Assembly: GCA_965222605.1 (NCBI GenBank)
Contig: OZ244960.1
Location: forward strand, 5,056,001 to 5,120,000
Reading direction: 5' to 3'
DNA length: 64,000 bases
DNA from: Candidatus Latescibacterota bacterium
Lineage (GTDB): Bacteria; Latescibacterota; UBA2968
A program made the position numbers and the translations under genes. Under the pieces are notes generated by a model, which had not been told where the DNA came from, made no database searches, and saw only the letters and a list, made by a program, of their open reading frames with translations. Every line of letters begins with the position of its first letter. Within the stretch, counting starts at the first letter, position 1. Of the stretch, positions 37,897 through 47,854 are shown piece by piece.

Positions 37897-38892
37897 ATGG
37901 GCAGACCTTATGGCCTGTTGCGGGCAGGATTTCCATTTTACAAGACTCTGGGCATGAGGCGGCTGACGAATTTTCCGATCGATATTGCCCTGGGCAAAGA
38001 AGGCTGTCTCTACATATTGTGTCGGACCAGAGACGCATCAACGATCAGGAAGTACCATATAGATGATAAAGATCTTGGTACCGTCGGTCGTGGACTGACG
38101 TGGGCGGTTGCAATTATTGCCGACAGCGAGGAGAATCTCTATGTCTCAGACGAGGCCAAGCATTGTATTTTGTCCTTTGACAAAGATGGCAAAGATCTGG
38201 GCAAATGGGGTGAGTATGGCGATGGGGATGGACAACTGAACGGTCCGGCGGGTATTGCTTTTGATGCAGAAGAGAATATCTACGTTTCCGATAGTCTGAA
38301 CCACAGAGTCCAGAAGTTTACCAAAGACGGTGAATTTATCTCAAAGTGGGGGAGGTTCGGCGATGGAGAGGGCGAGTTTAACATGCCCTGGGGGATCACA
38401 GTGGATGAACTGGCCGATGTTTATGTCGCAGATTGGCGAAATGACAGAGTTCAGAAGTTTACAGGTGACGGGGAGTTTATCTTCGCATTCGGGAAATCAG
38501 GCAGCGGAAATGGCGAGCTAAATAGACCCACTGGGGTGGCCGTAGATGAGCATGGCGATATTTACGTTGCCGACTGGGGAAATGACCGCGTACAATTGTT
38601 CAATTCCGAGTCGAATTACGTACAGAAATTCCTGGGAGATGCAACTCTGTCAAAGGTCGCAATTGATTACATGATGACCAATGCCGGCCCAAATCGCCTG
38701 AGGGATATGGCAGATCTCGAACCACAAAAATATTTTCGACGTCCGGGAGGGGTGACAGTCAATGGAGATGGACTGATGTTTGTCGCGGACAATGGCTCTT
38801 ATCGGGTGCAGGTTTATCAGAAGCAGGCGGTTCCGCTTACAGAAGAGCAATTTTCCGCGCCGAGACGTTCGCCTACGCTTCACCAGGAATAG
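37897..38892 (+). CDS. NHL-repeat beta-propeller protein
   Basis: Repeats of 'G.G.GQLNGPAGIAFD..IYVSD..NHRVQKF'. Confidence 0.9.
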   Translation: MGRPYGLLRAGFPFYKTLGMRRLTNFPIDIALGKEGCLYILCRTRDASTIRKYHIDDKDLGTVGRGLTWAVAIIADSEENLYVSDEAKHCILSFDKDGKDLGKWGEYGDGDGQLNGPAGIAFDAEENIYVSDSLNHRVQKFTKDGEFISKWGRFGDGEGEFNMPWGITVDELADVYVADWRNDRVQKFTGDGEFIFAFGKSGSGNGELNRPTGVAVDEHGDIYVADWGNDRVQLFNSESNYVQKFLGDATLSKVAIDYMMTNAGPNRLRDMADLEPQKYFRRPGGVTVNGDGLMFVADNGSYRVQVYQKQAVPLTEEQFSAPRRSPTLHQE

Positions 38893-38913
38893 GCTGAACT
38901 TGTCGAATACGGA

Positions 38914-38946
38914 GGCCCTCAGTTTTCGCTGGGGGCCATTTTTTAT
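38914..38946 (+). terminator. Intrinsic terminator of the DUF1800-DUF1501-NHL operon
   Basis: GGCCCTCAG-loop-CTGGGGGCC followed by ATTTTTTAT. Confidence 0.75.
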
Positions 38947-39012
38947 AACTCGAATGGAATTCCAATGCACAGATCCCCTGTGTGCTAATGAACCTGCCCG
39001 GCCTGTTATCTG

Positions 39013-40983
39013 ATGACCAATCCTTTACAAGCACACCCTTTGCTGGCCGGAGAGCCAGAACAGTCATCGGTGCGCCCGGGTGCTATTGTCCTGGGGGTGG
39101 TGTTCACACTTTGCATCAATGGCTTCGACCCTATCTCTCGTTACTTGATCCACTCTTCCTCATTCACACACAGCCAGATGCCGTTTGCCTTGCTGGTGGG
39201 GCTACTGCTCCTGGGCTATCTCTACAATCCCCTCGTTCGGGGGCGATTTCCCAACCTCGCTTTGACCCGCCGGGATATGGCTGCGGTGCTTGCCATTGGA
39301 TTTCTCGGCACAACAGTACCCACCCTGGCCCAGCGATTTGTAGCCGTGATTTCGGCTCCGGATTACTACGCTTCTCCCGAAAATGAATGGCCCACCTACA
39401 CACTGCCCAATCTGCAACGCTGGTTGTTCCCCAGCAATGTCGGCGATGGTGTTGGGATGTTCTATCGCGGGCTGGTTCCCGGTGCGCCTCTGCCCTGGGA
39501 GATATGGATTGGGCCGCTCTTCTGGTGGTTCAGCCTGCTCATCGCGATCATGCTGGCCTGTTTCTGCCTCTCCGTCATTTTGAGAAAACAGTGGTCGGAA
39601 AGCGAGCGCCTGGCATTTCCCTTTGTGGAACTCTCGCTGATGCTGGTAGAGAACCCCGGACCCGGACGAAACCTGCCCCAATTTTTCGGCCTGCCCCTTT
39701 TCTGGATCGGGTTTGCGATTCCGGCAATCATGCTTTTTTGGAATACAGCAGGCCACTTCTTTCCGGGCCTTCCTACATTCGCATTTCTCAATATTAGAAC
39801 ACTGCTTCCCATCGGACGGGGATTTATGCCTTTCTTTCTCCAGTTCGATTTCTACGTCATTTGTTTCGCCTATTTCACCACCCTGGAAATTCTCCTGTCG
39901 ATGTGGTTTTTCCACATTTTGGGCATGTTGCAGGCTGGCATTTCCAACCGGATCGGGTTTGGACCAAGAGGCTATGGTTCGGGGGTGATCTCTCAGAACA
40001 ATTACGGCCTGCTGGTTTTTGTGCTGTGGAGTCTCTGGATCGCACGCGGACACATCCACAATGTCTGGCGCAAAGCAATTGGAAAAGGCCCCGAGGTAGA
40101 TGATTCGACCGAATTGCTCTCCTATCGCGCAGCGACCTTCGGTTTCATCCTTGCCAGCCTTTTCATTTTTTTTTGGCTCTGCAAAACTCAGATGAATCCG
40201 GGTGTGGCTGTGGCATTTATGTTTTTTTCCCTGATTCTCTATTTGGGGATGGCCAAGATCGTGGCGCTCAGCGGATTGGTGTCTTTACGGGGTTCGGGAC
40301 CTACCGGACCCGTCAAAGGATTGATCGGCATCTGGAATATGGATGATACGACGATTGCGGCTTTGAACCAGATGGGCACGCTTTACGGCAACGCAAAGGG
40401 ATTTGCCATGCCGGGTGCGGTCAATGCCGCCAGGGCAGGCGACCACACCGATCCCCACAGGCGCCGCCTGGGTGGCGCAATTCTCATTGGCGGAATCCTC
40501 TCAATCCTCGCCTTTGTGATCACCACCCTTATTCTGGGTTATTACGGGCCAGGAGCTGAGAATTTTGGAGATTACAGTTATACGCGGGGTAACCGGGCCT
40601 TTTTTAATTATACCGTCTCGGATATCAAAGGGCGCCCAGATGCAGAACGGCAATGGTGGGATTTGGGTTTCGGAACCTTTGGGGCGGCGATAACTCTGCT
40701 GCTGATTTTTCTGAACCAGCGGTTTTCCTGGTGGCCCCTTCACCCGGTGGGATTCACCGTTTCCCTCCAGTATCCCACTCGCGCGTCCTTTTTTTCGGTA
40801 TTTTTGGCCTGGCTGATGAAAATAATTGTGCTCAAAGTCGGCGGCATTGAGCTTTTCAATCGATCTCGTGTCTTTATCTTTGGCGTTCTCATGGGCTATA
40901 CGCTGGGTGTTCTGGTTTCTTTTATTCTGGATATTTTCTTTTTTATGGGCCAGGGCCACCGCATGCACACGCCCCCGCTGTAA
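39013..40983 (+). CDS. Polytopic membrane protein, DUF6785/DUF6784 (OPT-like transporter) family
   Basis: Many TM segments, 'RKQWSESERLAFP', C-terminal 'WWPLHPVGF', 'LKVGG'. Confidence 0.75.
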   Translation: MTNPLQAHPLLAGEPEQSSVRPGAIVLGVVFTLCINGFDPISRYLIHSSSFTHSQMPFALLVGLLLLGYLYNPLVRGRFPNLALTRRDMAAVLAIGFLGTTVPTLAQRFVAVISAPDYYASPENEWPTYTLPNLQRWLFPSNVGDGVGMFYRGLVPGAPLPWEIWIGPLFWWFSLLIAIMLACFCLSVILRKQWSESERLAFPFVELSLMLVENPGPGRNLPQFFGLPLFWIGFAIPAIMLFWNTAGHFFPGLPTFAFLNIRTLLPIGRGFMPFFLQFDFYVICFAYFTTLEILLSMWFFHILGMLQAGISNRIGFGPRGYGSGVISQNNYGLLVFVLWSLWIARGHIHNVWRKAIGKGPEVDDSTELLSYRAATFGFILASLFIFFWLCKTQMNPGVAVAFMFFSLILYLGMAKIVALSGLVSLRGSGPTGPVKGLIGIWNMDDTTIAALNQMGTLYGNAKGFAMPGAVNAARAGDHTDPHRRRLGGAILIGGILSILAFVITTLILGYYGPGAENFGDYSYTRGNRAFFNYTVSDIKGRPDAERQWWDLGFGTFGAAITLLLIFLNQRFSWWPLHPVGFTVSLQYPTRASFFSVFLAWLMKIIVLKVGGIELFNRSRVFIFGVLMGYTLGVLVSFILDIFFFMGQGHRMHTPPL

Positions 40984-40991
40984 TAACAAGC

Positions 40992-41750
40992 CTATGGCGA
41001 TTTTTGATCCAGTTTGACGCGATCGTAGGAATCGGGGTCATTTCGTACAATATCGAGCAACTGATCGACATACGCGCGAATTCGGAACAGACGGCACGAG
41101 GCATCCCCAACTTTGCCGGTCTCCAAAATGCCTACCCGATCCCAGACTTCACCGAGTCGAATGCGGTCGAGCCAGATGTATTCCGCATTGGGGTTCTCCT
41201 TCAGTCGCTCATTCCAGAACATTACTTCTACGACATGGATATATGTGGATGATTGGTAGTCAACGCCGAGCATCAGGAGCTTGCCGTCCTGTTTGTAGGC
41301 ACGCATCATCGGGGAGTTTGTCCCATAGGTCTTTCCCCAGGGCGGACGGTCCCAGGGTGATGTCATGCCTTCCTCTGAGAGATGATCCGCAACGAAATTT
41401 TTGGTGCCTTGTCCGCGTGCTGCCACGGAGTGGGAATAGTGATCGGATCTGTGTGTCCCGGGCATCAACTTGAAATACTCGGTCAACCAGCCGACTGAGG
41501 ATTCCGTTTTTGCAATGTCCCAGGAACCCGCCCGCTGTTCTCGATCGCCGATCAGGTTGAACGATGGCATCAGGAGCACGCCACCAATACCCAGTGCGTT
41601 CTCAAGCGAGGCGATCACTGTTTCCGCTCCACCCTGGACCACTCCCAGGCTTTTGAATGAGGAGTGGACGAAGAGAATATCGCCGATCTTGACGCCGAGG
41701 GTCTTTAGATTATCACAAAGTTGCGCTGTAGTGTATCCCAAACCGGGCAT
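40992..41750 (-). CDS. AAC(3)/YokD family N-acetyltransferase
   Basis: 'ILFVHSS', 'LLMPSF', 'RSDHYSHSVAA', 'LMLGV', 'STYIHVVE'. Confidence 0.85.
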   Translation of the reverse strand: MPGLGYTTAQLCDNLKTLGVKIGDILFVHSSFKSLGVVQGGAETVIASLENALGIGGVLLMPSFNLIGDREQRAGSWDIAKTESSVGWLTEYFKLMPGTHRSDHYSHSVAARGQGTKNFVADHLSEEGMTSPWDRPPWGKTYGTNSPMMRAYKQDGKLLMLGVDYQSSTYIHVVEVMFWNERLKENPNAEYIWLDRIRLGEVWDRVGILETGKVGDASCRLFRIRAYVDQLLDIVRNDPDSYDRVKLDQKSP

Positions 41751-41779
41751 GTTATTAGCCTTTCCCTCTGCGCGGTATT

Positions 41780-41826
41780 ATAAAAGAGAGCGGAGAAATC
41801 CAGTAGATTTCTCCGCTCTCTTTTAT
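41780..41826 (-). terminator. Intrinsic terminator of the act-cox operon
   Basis: Perfect 21-bp inverted repeat ATAAAAGAGAGCGGAGAAATC / GATTTCTCCGCTCTCTTTTAT right after subunit IV. Confidence 0.88.
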
Positions 41827-41838
41827 CTTATCATATTG

Positions 41839-42156
41839 TTATTGCAAATAGTGGCTCATCGGTATGCCCAACCAGCCGCGACTGACGTAATCTGCCATTG
41901 CAAAGGCAAAGAGGATCAACAAGAACAAAATACCCACGCCTGCGAGCAACCAGGTCAATTGGCTGGCGTATTTGACGTGCATAAAAAATAAAATCACAAT
42001 CGTGGCTTTTGTGCATGCTATACCAAGTGCTACCACATCATTCAACATGCCCAAATTCTGATAAGCCACCCAAACCGTTAGGCCGGTCAAAAACATCAAG
42101 GAGGCAAATACCGCCAGATAAATGCGTACAGTTGGGCCGTGGTGATGTTCAGCCAT
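41839..42156 (-). CDS. ctaF: caa3-type cytochrome c oxidase subunit IV
   Basis: 'LTGLTV', 'IACTKATIVILFFMHVK'. ATG overlaps the subunit III stop. Confidence 0.88.
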   Translation of the reverse strand: MAEHHHGPTVRIYLAVFASLMFLTGLTVWVAYQNLGMLNDVVALGIACTKATIVILFFMHVKYASQLTWLLAGVGILFLLILFAFAMADYVSRGWLGIPMSHYLQ

Positions 42157-42827
42157 CAGTGTCCCCCCTGTGTGCCAAGAAGGTAGAGCAATGGAAATAG
42201 GAAAATCCAGACAATATCGACAAAGTGCCAATACAGGCCAAAAATTTCAACAGGGGTGTTGTATTCAGCCGTGTAAGTCCCCTGCGCGGTCTTAATAAAT
42301 AGCCAGGTCAACAGGCCAATGCCAATGATCATATGCAGGGCATGCATTCCGGTCATTCCGAAATACAGAGAAAAGAAGAGAGCCAGTTGGGGCGAATGTT
42401 CACCGTGCGGATGCCATACCAGACCGGGAACCAAACCGTGCTCGATCTTCTCGGAGTATTCAAAATATTTGACCACTAAAAAGGTAAATCCTAAAATTCC
42501 GGTCAAAATCAGATAGACCAATATTCCCTTTTTATTGCCCTCATGCGACTTGTGAACAGCCATCGCCATCGTCAGGCTGCTGATAATCAACACCGCAGTA
42601 TTAAATGCGCCCAGAGGAATATCCAGGTAGCTACTGCCTTCAAAAAAAGCATCGGGATAATGAGATCGATAGATCAAATACGTCGCAAAAAAGCCCCCAA
42701 AAAACAGTATTTCCGTAATCAGAAAGCTCCACATGCCAATGACGACGGATTCCTTCTGCTGCGGCATATCCTCGAACTGGTGGGCCAGTCCGTGCGGGTG
42801 ATCGTGATGTACTGCGTGATCGGCCAT
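42156..42827 (-). CDS. ctaE: Cytochrome c oxidase subunit III
   Basis: 'GMWSFLITEILFFG', 'NTAVLIISS', 'TGMHALH', 'YWHFVDIVW'. Confidence 0.95.
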   Translation of the reverse strand: MADHAVHHDHPHGLAHQFEDMPQQKESVVIGMWSFLITEILFFGGFFATYLIYRSHYPDAFFEGSSYLDIPLGAFNTAVLIISSLTMAMAVHKSHEGNKKGILVYLILTGILGFTFLVVKYFEYSEKIEHGLVPGLVWHPHGEHSPQLALFFSLYFGMTGMHALHMIIGIGLLTWLFIKTAQGTYTAEYNTPVEIFGLYWHFVDIVWIFLFPLLYLLGTQGGH

Positions 42828-44458
42828 TAGTGCTCCTCAATTGGTCCGTACTGATAGGCTTCTTCTGTCACGACAGGCGTTTCTTCAAAATTAAATGTGG
42901 GCGGTGGGGAGGTCGTTTCCCACTCCAGTCCTTTGGCTCCCCAGGGGTTATCAGGTGCTTTTGGCCCCTTAAAGATCGACCATGTCAAATACGCGCCGGG
43001 AATCACATACCCCAGGGCCAGAATTGACGCACCCAGAGACGATGCCACATTCAAAACCTGAAATTCGTCGGGATAGACGTGATAACGCCTCGGCATGCCC
43101 ATATATCCCAGAATAAACTGCGGAAAAAACGTCAGATTAAAACCGAGAAATACCAGCAAGGCCGAAACGCGCCCCCAAATATCGGGATACATCTTGCCCG
43201 TAATTTTGGGCCACCAGAAGTGCATGCCCCCCATATATCCCATCACCTGACCACCGACCATAATATAATGGAAGTGCGCCACCACGAAATACGTGTCGTG
43301 CAGGTGAATATCCAGGCCCATACTCGACAAAAATAGTCCGGTTAAACCCCCAACCAAAAATAAGCCCAGGTACCCATACACATAAAACATCTGGGTGTCA
43401 TATATAATAGACCCCTTGTATAAGGTCGCTGTCCAGTTGAAAACTTTGATCGCAGAAGGCACTGCCACCAGGAATGTGATGATAGAGAACACCATGCCGG
43501 CATAAGTCGATTGGCTGCTCACAAACATGTGGTGTCCCCACACCAGGAAGCCCAAAATTGCAATGGCCACACTTGAGAACGCGACAAATTCATATCCAAA
43601 GACGCGCTTGCGCGCAACAGCGGCCACCATTTCGCTCATCACGCCCATTGAAGGCAAAATCATGATATAAACTGCTGGATGCGAATAGAACCAGAACAGA
43701 TGCTGGAACAGAACGGGATCGCCGCCGAGGTTTGGATCGAAAAACCCAAACCCAAACCCGCGCTCGAGCATTAGCAGCACCAGCGTAATTGCGATAACGG
43801 GTGTGCCCAACAGCATAATCAAACTGGTGGCATAATGCGACCAGACAAACAGCGGCAGGCGGAACCAGGTCATTCCCGGCGCGCGCATGGTGTGGATTGT
43901 CACCACAAAGTTGAGTCCCGTCAGAATGGACGAGAAACCCGCCATAAAAGCGGCCATAGCGGCCAGAATCACATTTGAGTTTGAATAGGTGCTGCTATAC
44001 GGCGTATAAAAAGTCCAACCCGTATCAACACCGCCTCCAACCACGGCAATTGTTCCCAAAATACCCGCAACAACATAAACATACCAGCTCAGAAGATTGA
44101 TGCGCGGAAAAGCCAGGTCTTTCGCGCCAACCATAATGGGGACTAAAAAGTTGCCAATGGTTGCGGGAATGGAAGGCACCAAAAAGAAAAAGACCATGAT
44201 GATGCCGTGCATTGAGAAAACTTTGTTATAAGTATCCGAAGACATCAAATCGCCTTCGGGAGTCATCAGTTCAAAGCGAACCAAACCGGCAAATAACCCA
44301 CCCAGGGCAAAAAAGATGGAAATTGAAATAATATACAAAACGGCAATGCGCTTGTGGTCCCTGGTTAACAACCAAGACTTCAGTCCGTAACCGTTATTCA
44401 GATAATTGACGTTCGGCGCATCTTCAGACGCTTGAACATCTTGCTCGATGATTGCCAT
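42827..44458 (-). CDS. ctaD: Cytochrome c oxidase subunit I, type A2
   Basis: 'DHKRI', 'GWTFYTP', '[10 protein letters not shown]' (YS motif = A2), 'VWGHH', '[12 protein letters not shown]'. Confidence 0.97.
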   Translation of the reverse strand: MAIIEQDVQASEDAPNVNYLNNGYGLKSWLLTRDHKRIAVLYIISISIFFALGGLFAGLVRFELMTPEGDLMSSDTYNKVFSMHGIIMVFFFLVPSIPATIGNFLVPIMVGAKDLAFPRINLLSWYVYVVAGILGTIAVVGGGVDTGWTFYTPYSSTYSNSNVILAAMAAFMAGFSSILTGLNFVVTIHTMRAPGMTWFRLPLFVWSHYATSLIMLLGTPVIAITLVLLMLERGFGFGFFDPNLGGDPVLFQHLFWFYSHPAVYIMILPSMGVMSEMVAAVARKRVFGYEFVAFSSVAIAILGFLVWGHHMFVSSQSTYAGMVFSIITFLVAVPSAIKVFNWTATLYKGSIIYDTQMFYVYGYLGLFLVGGLTGLFLSSMGLDIHLHDTYFVVAHFHYIMVGGQVMGYMGGMHFWWPKITGKMYPDIWGRVSALLVFLGFNLTFFPQFILGYMGMPRRYHVYPDEFQVLNVASSLGASILALGYVIPGAYLTWSIFKGPKAPDNPWGAKGLEWETTSPPPTFNFEETPVVTEEAYQYGPIEEH

Positions 44459-44464
44459 GACGCA

Positions 44465-45415
44465 TCACTCCATACTCGTGAGTTCGGGGGCTTTCAGCGA
44501 TTTGATATAGGCGATTAACTGAATGATCCCTTCTTCGCTGATCTGACCTTTGAAAGTTGGCATAATGGGTTTGTATCCGGCCATGACTTTGGCGGAAGGG
44601 TTCAGAATTGATTCTCGAATATAGGCTTCGTCAACCACCGCAGTACCGCCGCCTTCCAAAGCCACTGTTTTGCCAAAAAGACCCGCCAGAGATGGCCCGC
44701 GTCCTGTCCCGTCCATTTTGTGGCAGGTATGACAGGCGTATTGTTCAAACAATCTTTCTCCAGCCACTTCCATTGGCTCATTCGCAGTCCCGCCAGTCAA
44801 CCAGGCTTCGTAATCTTGAGGTTCCAGGACATGTACTGTACCAATCATACGCGAATGCTCGGTGCCGCAATATTCGGCGCAAAACAGATGATACGAACCG
44901 ACCTGCGTCGCTTTAAACCACAAATTGGTATATCGCCCGGGCACCACATCCTTTTTTACGCGAAAAGCGGGAATATAAAAACTGTGCAACACATCTTCCG
45001 ATGTCATGGTCAGGCGCACCGATTCACCCAGAGGCACGTGTAATTCGTTAATCTCCTTTTTGCCTTCTGGATGTTGCAATTTCCACATCCACTGTTTGCC
45101 CACCACATACATTTCCATGGCGTTTGGCGGGGGTGTAATTAGATGGAAATACAATACGGTTGCCCACGCAAATACACCCAGTGCGAGCACCGCAGGAATG
45201 GCGGTCCAAAATATCTCGAGGCCGAGATGCCCCGCAATTTGTCGCGGCACTTCGTCGTCCGATTTGCGCTGATACTTAATCGCAAAAATAACCACCAAGA
45301 TGACAACTAAGAGCGCGAAAAACACGCACAGTGCCAAAATGCCAAAATAAAGCGCGTCAACGTGAAAGGCAAAACTCGAAGCTTGATCTGGAAAAAGAGG
45401 AAAATCAGTCTGCAT
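44465..45415 (-). CDS. ctaC: Cytochrome c oxidase subunit II with fused cytochrome c (caa3)
   Basis: CuA 'DVLHSF...CAEYCGTEHSRM' and C-terminal 'CHTCH'. Confidence 0.95.
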   Translation of the reverse strand: MQTDFPLFPDQASSFAFHVDALYFGILALCVFFALLVVILVVIFAIKYQRKSDDEVPRQIAGHLGLEIFWTAIPAVLALGVFAWATVLYFHLITPPPNAMEMYVVGKQWMWKLQHPEGKKEINELHVPLGESVRLTMTSEDVLHSFYIPAFRVKKDVVPGRYTNLWFKATQVGSYHLFCAEYCGTEHSRMIGTVHVLEPQDYEAWLTGGTANEPMEVAGERLFEQYACHTCHKMDGTGRGPSLAGLFGKTVALEGGGTAVVDEAYIRESILNPSAKVMAGYKPIMPTFKGQISEEGIIQLIAYIKSLKAPELTSME

Positions 45416-45461
45416 GTGCCAACTCAAAAGTTAGAGGTCCGATGGACTTTTTTTTGAAGCG

Positions 45462-46265
45462 TTAATTTGCCTGGAATGGCGACCGCTCTCGGCGCACCAT
45501 AATAAAAATAAATGCTAAGATACAAATTACAGTAATCACACCGGCAATGCGAACCAAACGATAAATTGCCAGCGTATATTTGCCAGTCAATGGATTGTAC
45601 TGAAAACAATAGAGCAGAATCGCATCAATCGGAGAACTGATCTGAGCTTGCGCGGCTTCCAAAAGTCCCAGTTGCAAATCCCGCGGCGCAAATTCGACTC
45701 CAAATAGATACCGAGCGATTTTCCCATTGGGAGTCAAAATTGCAATCCCGCTGGCGTGAACGTATTCGTCTGTTTCGGGATCGTATATATAGCGATATCC
45801 AATAGCCTGGGTCAATGCGTTGATCGATGCCCGATCTCCAGTGAGAAAATGCCATCCATTTTCTCCGCCTTCTCGACCGTATCCATCGACGTAATTCACC
45901 TTTTTTGCCGCTGCCAATTCTGGATATTCGTCGGGATCAATGCTAAATATCACCACCACAAAATCTCGTCCGGCATTGAGAGAAACGGGACGCAACCCCG
46001 ACAACAAACCATTCAAAATCTGTGTACACAACATGGGGCATTCATAATATGCGGGCACTAAAATAATGGGGTGATCATCCATATATCGCGCCAGCATAAC
46101 ATCTGTGCCCGATTCATCGCGGAACTTCAAATTTACCGGCACAGATGCGCCCAATTTCTGGTTAATCCCAACAGAATCCAGCACTGTGGGATTCGGGGTG
46201 AGGTCTTGTGCCTGCACATTGCTGATCAGATACATCATCGCCATACAGGCGAATAAAATGCGCAT
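45462..46265 (-). CDS. SCO1/SenC family copper chaperone
   Basis: 'YYECPMLC', 'FSIDP', 'WHFLTG', 'YVHAS'. Confidence 0.9.
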   Translation of the reverse strand: MRILFACMAMMYLISNVQAQDLTPNPTVLDSVGINQKLGASVPVNLKFRDESGTDVMLARYMDDHPIILVPAYYECPMLCTQILNGLLSGLRPVSLNAGRDFVVVIFSIDPDEYPELAAAKKVNYVDGYGREGGENGWHFLTGDRASINALTQAIGYRYIYDPETDEYVHASGIAILTPNGKIARYLFGVEFAPRDLQLGLLEAAQAQISSPIDAILLYCFQYNPLTGKYTLAIYRLVRIAGVITVICILAFIFIMVRRERSPFQAN

Positions 46266-46268
46266 ATT

Positions 46269-46646
46269 TTATTCTCGCACCGGGAACTCGCGTTCGAGCA
46301 CCAGGTCTATGGCTCGCTCAATTGGAAGATGAACAACTCCGGCGTCCCTATCTACCCAACCGTATTCGGTAAGCGTACGATTGGTTTCGGCACGCACTTG
46401 CGTTAGTTCAGCAGAAGGTACGGTCTGGATTAGCGGTCCCTGATAGGGCTTTTGATGTGCAGCCATGGGTGGCGGATCATCTGTCATATAAATCACGGCT
46501 TGTTCCAGACCGAGAAACATAGCCCACATAGCGATAAAAGACAGAATGGCTATGGCTATGATTCCCGCGGTGGCAGCGAGAATTGGGCCAATGTTGAGAT
46601 GATAGTCTTCGTAGCCCTTTTCGCGGGCATTGTGCTTTTCTGCCAT
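46269..46646 (-). CDS. Small single-TM protein of act-cox operons (ActG-like)
   Basis: One TM helix, 'YGWVDRDAGVVHLPIERA'. Lies between actF and SCO. Confidence 0.6.
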   Translation of the reverse strand: MAEKHNAREKGYEDYHLNIGPILAATAGIIAIAILSFIAMWAMFLGLEQAVIYMTDDPPPMAAHQKPYQGPLIQTVPSAELTQVRAETNRTLTEYGWVDRDAGVVHLPIERAIDLVLEREFPVRE

Positions 46647-46647
46647 A

Positions 46648-47841
46648 TCAGTGACCTTCTCCGGCAAAAGTTTCCGCCATGCGCGGATCGTGCAATGGCA
46701 TCAACGGCACACCTTTTAGCTGCATCGCAAAAAATCCCAACCACAAGCCGCCAATACTGACGAGGACCAGCACATCCAGCAAAAACCCAAACCACATACC
46801 GTCAGAACCGCCGTGCCCAAAAGCCGGTGTAATAAAATAATAAAGATCGACATAGCGCATAAACAACATAAAAAATGCGATAACCGTCATAAGTGCGGCG
46901 CGGCGTTTGATCGCCCGCTGCAATAGCAAAAAGAATGGCAGAAAAAAGTGAAAAAGAATCAACGCAGTCCCTACATATTGCCAACCGCCATGCGATCGAC
47001 GAATATACCAGGGCGCTTCTTCAGCCAGGTTGCCAGACCATGTAATCAAAAACTGGGAAAAACTCACATAAGCCCACAGACATGTAAATGCAAACATCAG
47101 AGTGCCCAGATCGCTCAAATACTTGAATGCATCAACTTCCCGATAGACCTCGACATCCTTTAATTTGATCACCCACAAGATGCACAGTGCCATGGCACCC
47201 AATGCGCCACCCACCACAAAAATTAAGCCGTAGATCGTCGAAAACCAGTGCGGTTCCAAAGACATGACCCAATCTGTTGCCGCAAATGTAACGGTCAAGA
47301 TCAACATGGGAATCCCGGGGCCGCTCAGGTTAATCATCCGCCTTTTCAGACCCGGTTCGCCAGTTTCATCTTGCTCTCGCGACCATTTCGTCAGCAAAAA
47401 CATCCAGAGCAACCACAAAGCAAAATAAACGACTGCGCGAATATAAAATCCAGTCTCATTCAAATAAGGCTTCTTAAAGGTCAAAATTGGATCTTTGGCT
47501 ACGACATCTGTATGCGTCCATTCGTACAAATGGTGCATACCCAGAAGCGCAATGGGAATAAACAGGACAGCCATGAGCCACAGTGTGCGCGCGCCCGACT
47601 CCAATAACCGCCGAATGACAAATCCCCACCGCCCGCTGACCAGATGGTGCAACATCAACACCCCCAGACAGCCCAGAGAAATGACCAACCAGTAGATATA
47701 TCCAACGAGATACGATTGGAAAAATTGTTGAGAATCGGCAAAGGCACCAATAAATAAAAGTACTAAGCCCGAGGCACCCACGAGAAGGCCTCGTTGTTGT
47801 ATTTTATCTACAAACGGATGGTTGAAGGATTTAGTAGCCAT
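46648..47841 (-). CDS. actF: Alternative complex III subunit F
   Basis: About 10 TM segments, 'DWVMSLEPHWFSTIYG', 'WAYVSFSQFLITW'. Confidence 0.9.
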   Translation of the reverse strand: MATKSFNHPFVDKIQQRGLLVGASGLVLLFIGAFADSQQFFQSYLVGYIYWLVISLGCLGVLMLHHLVSGRWGFVIRRLLESGARTLWLMAVLFIPIALLGMHHLYEWTHTDVVAKDPILTFKKPYLNETGFYIRAVVYFALWLLWMFLLTKWSREQDETGEPGLKRRMINLSGPGIPMLILTVTFAATDWVMSLEPHWFSTIYGLIFVVGGALGAMALCILWVIKLKDVEVYREVDAFKYLSDLGTLMFAFTCLWAYVSFSQFLITWSGNLAEEAPWYIRRSHGGWQYVGTALILFHFFLPFFLLLQRAIKRRAALMTVIAFFMLFMRYVDLYYFITPAFGHGGSDGMWFGFLLDVLVLVSIGGLWLGFFAMQLKGVPLMPLHDPRMAETFAGEGH

Positions 47842-47854
47842 AATACATAATATC

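Noticed and set aside
38290-38600. Regularly spaced DNA repeats (CAGAGT.CAGAAGTTTAC, about 141 nt apart) suggesting CRISPR
   Set aside because: They are in-frame NHL protein repeats, degenerate at third codon positions, with no cas genes.
39202-40059. Long antisense ORFs (285 aa here; also 31448-32242, 16850-17575, 21212-21916, 53397-54083)
   Set aside because: They lie opposite well-supported genes and have no motifs or RBS, so they are codon-bias shadows.
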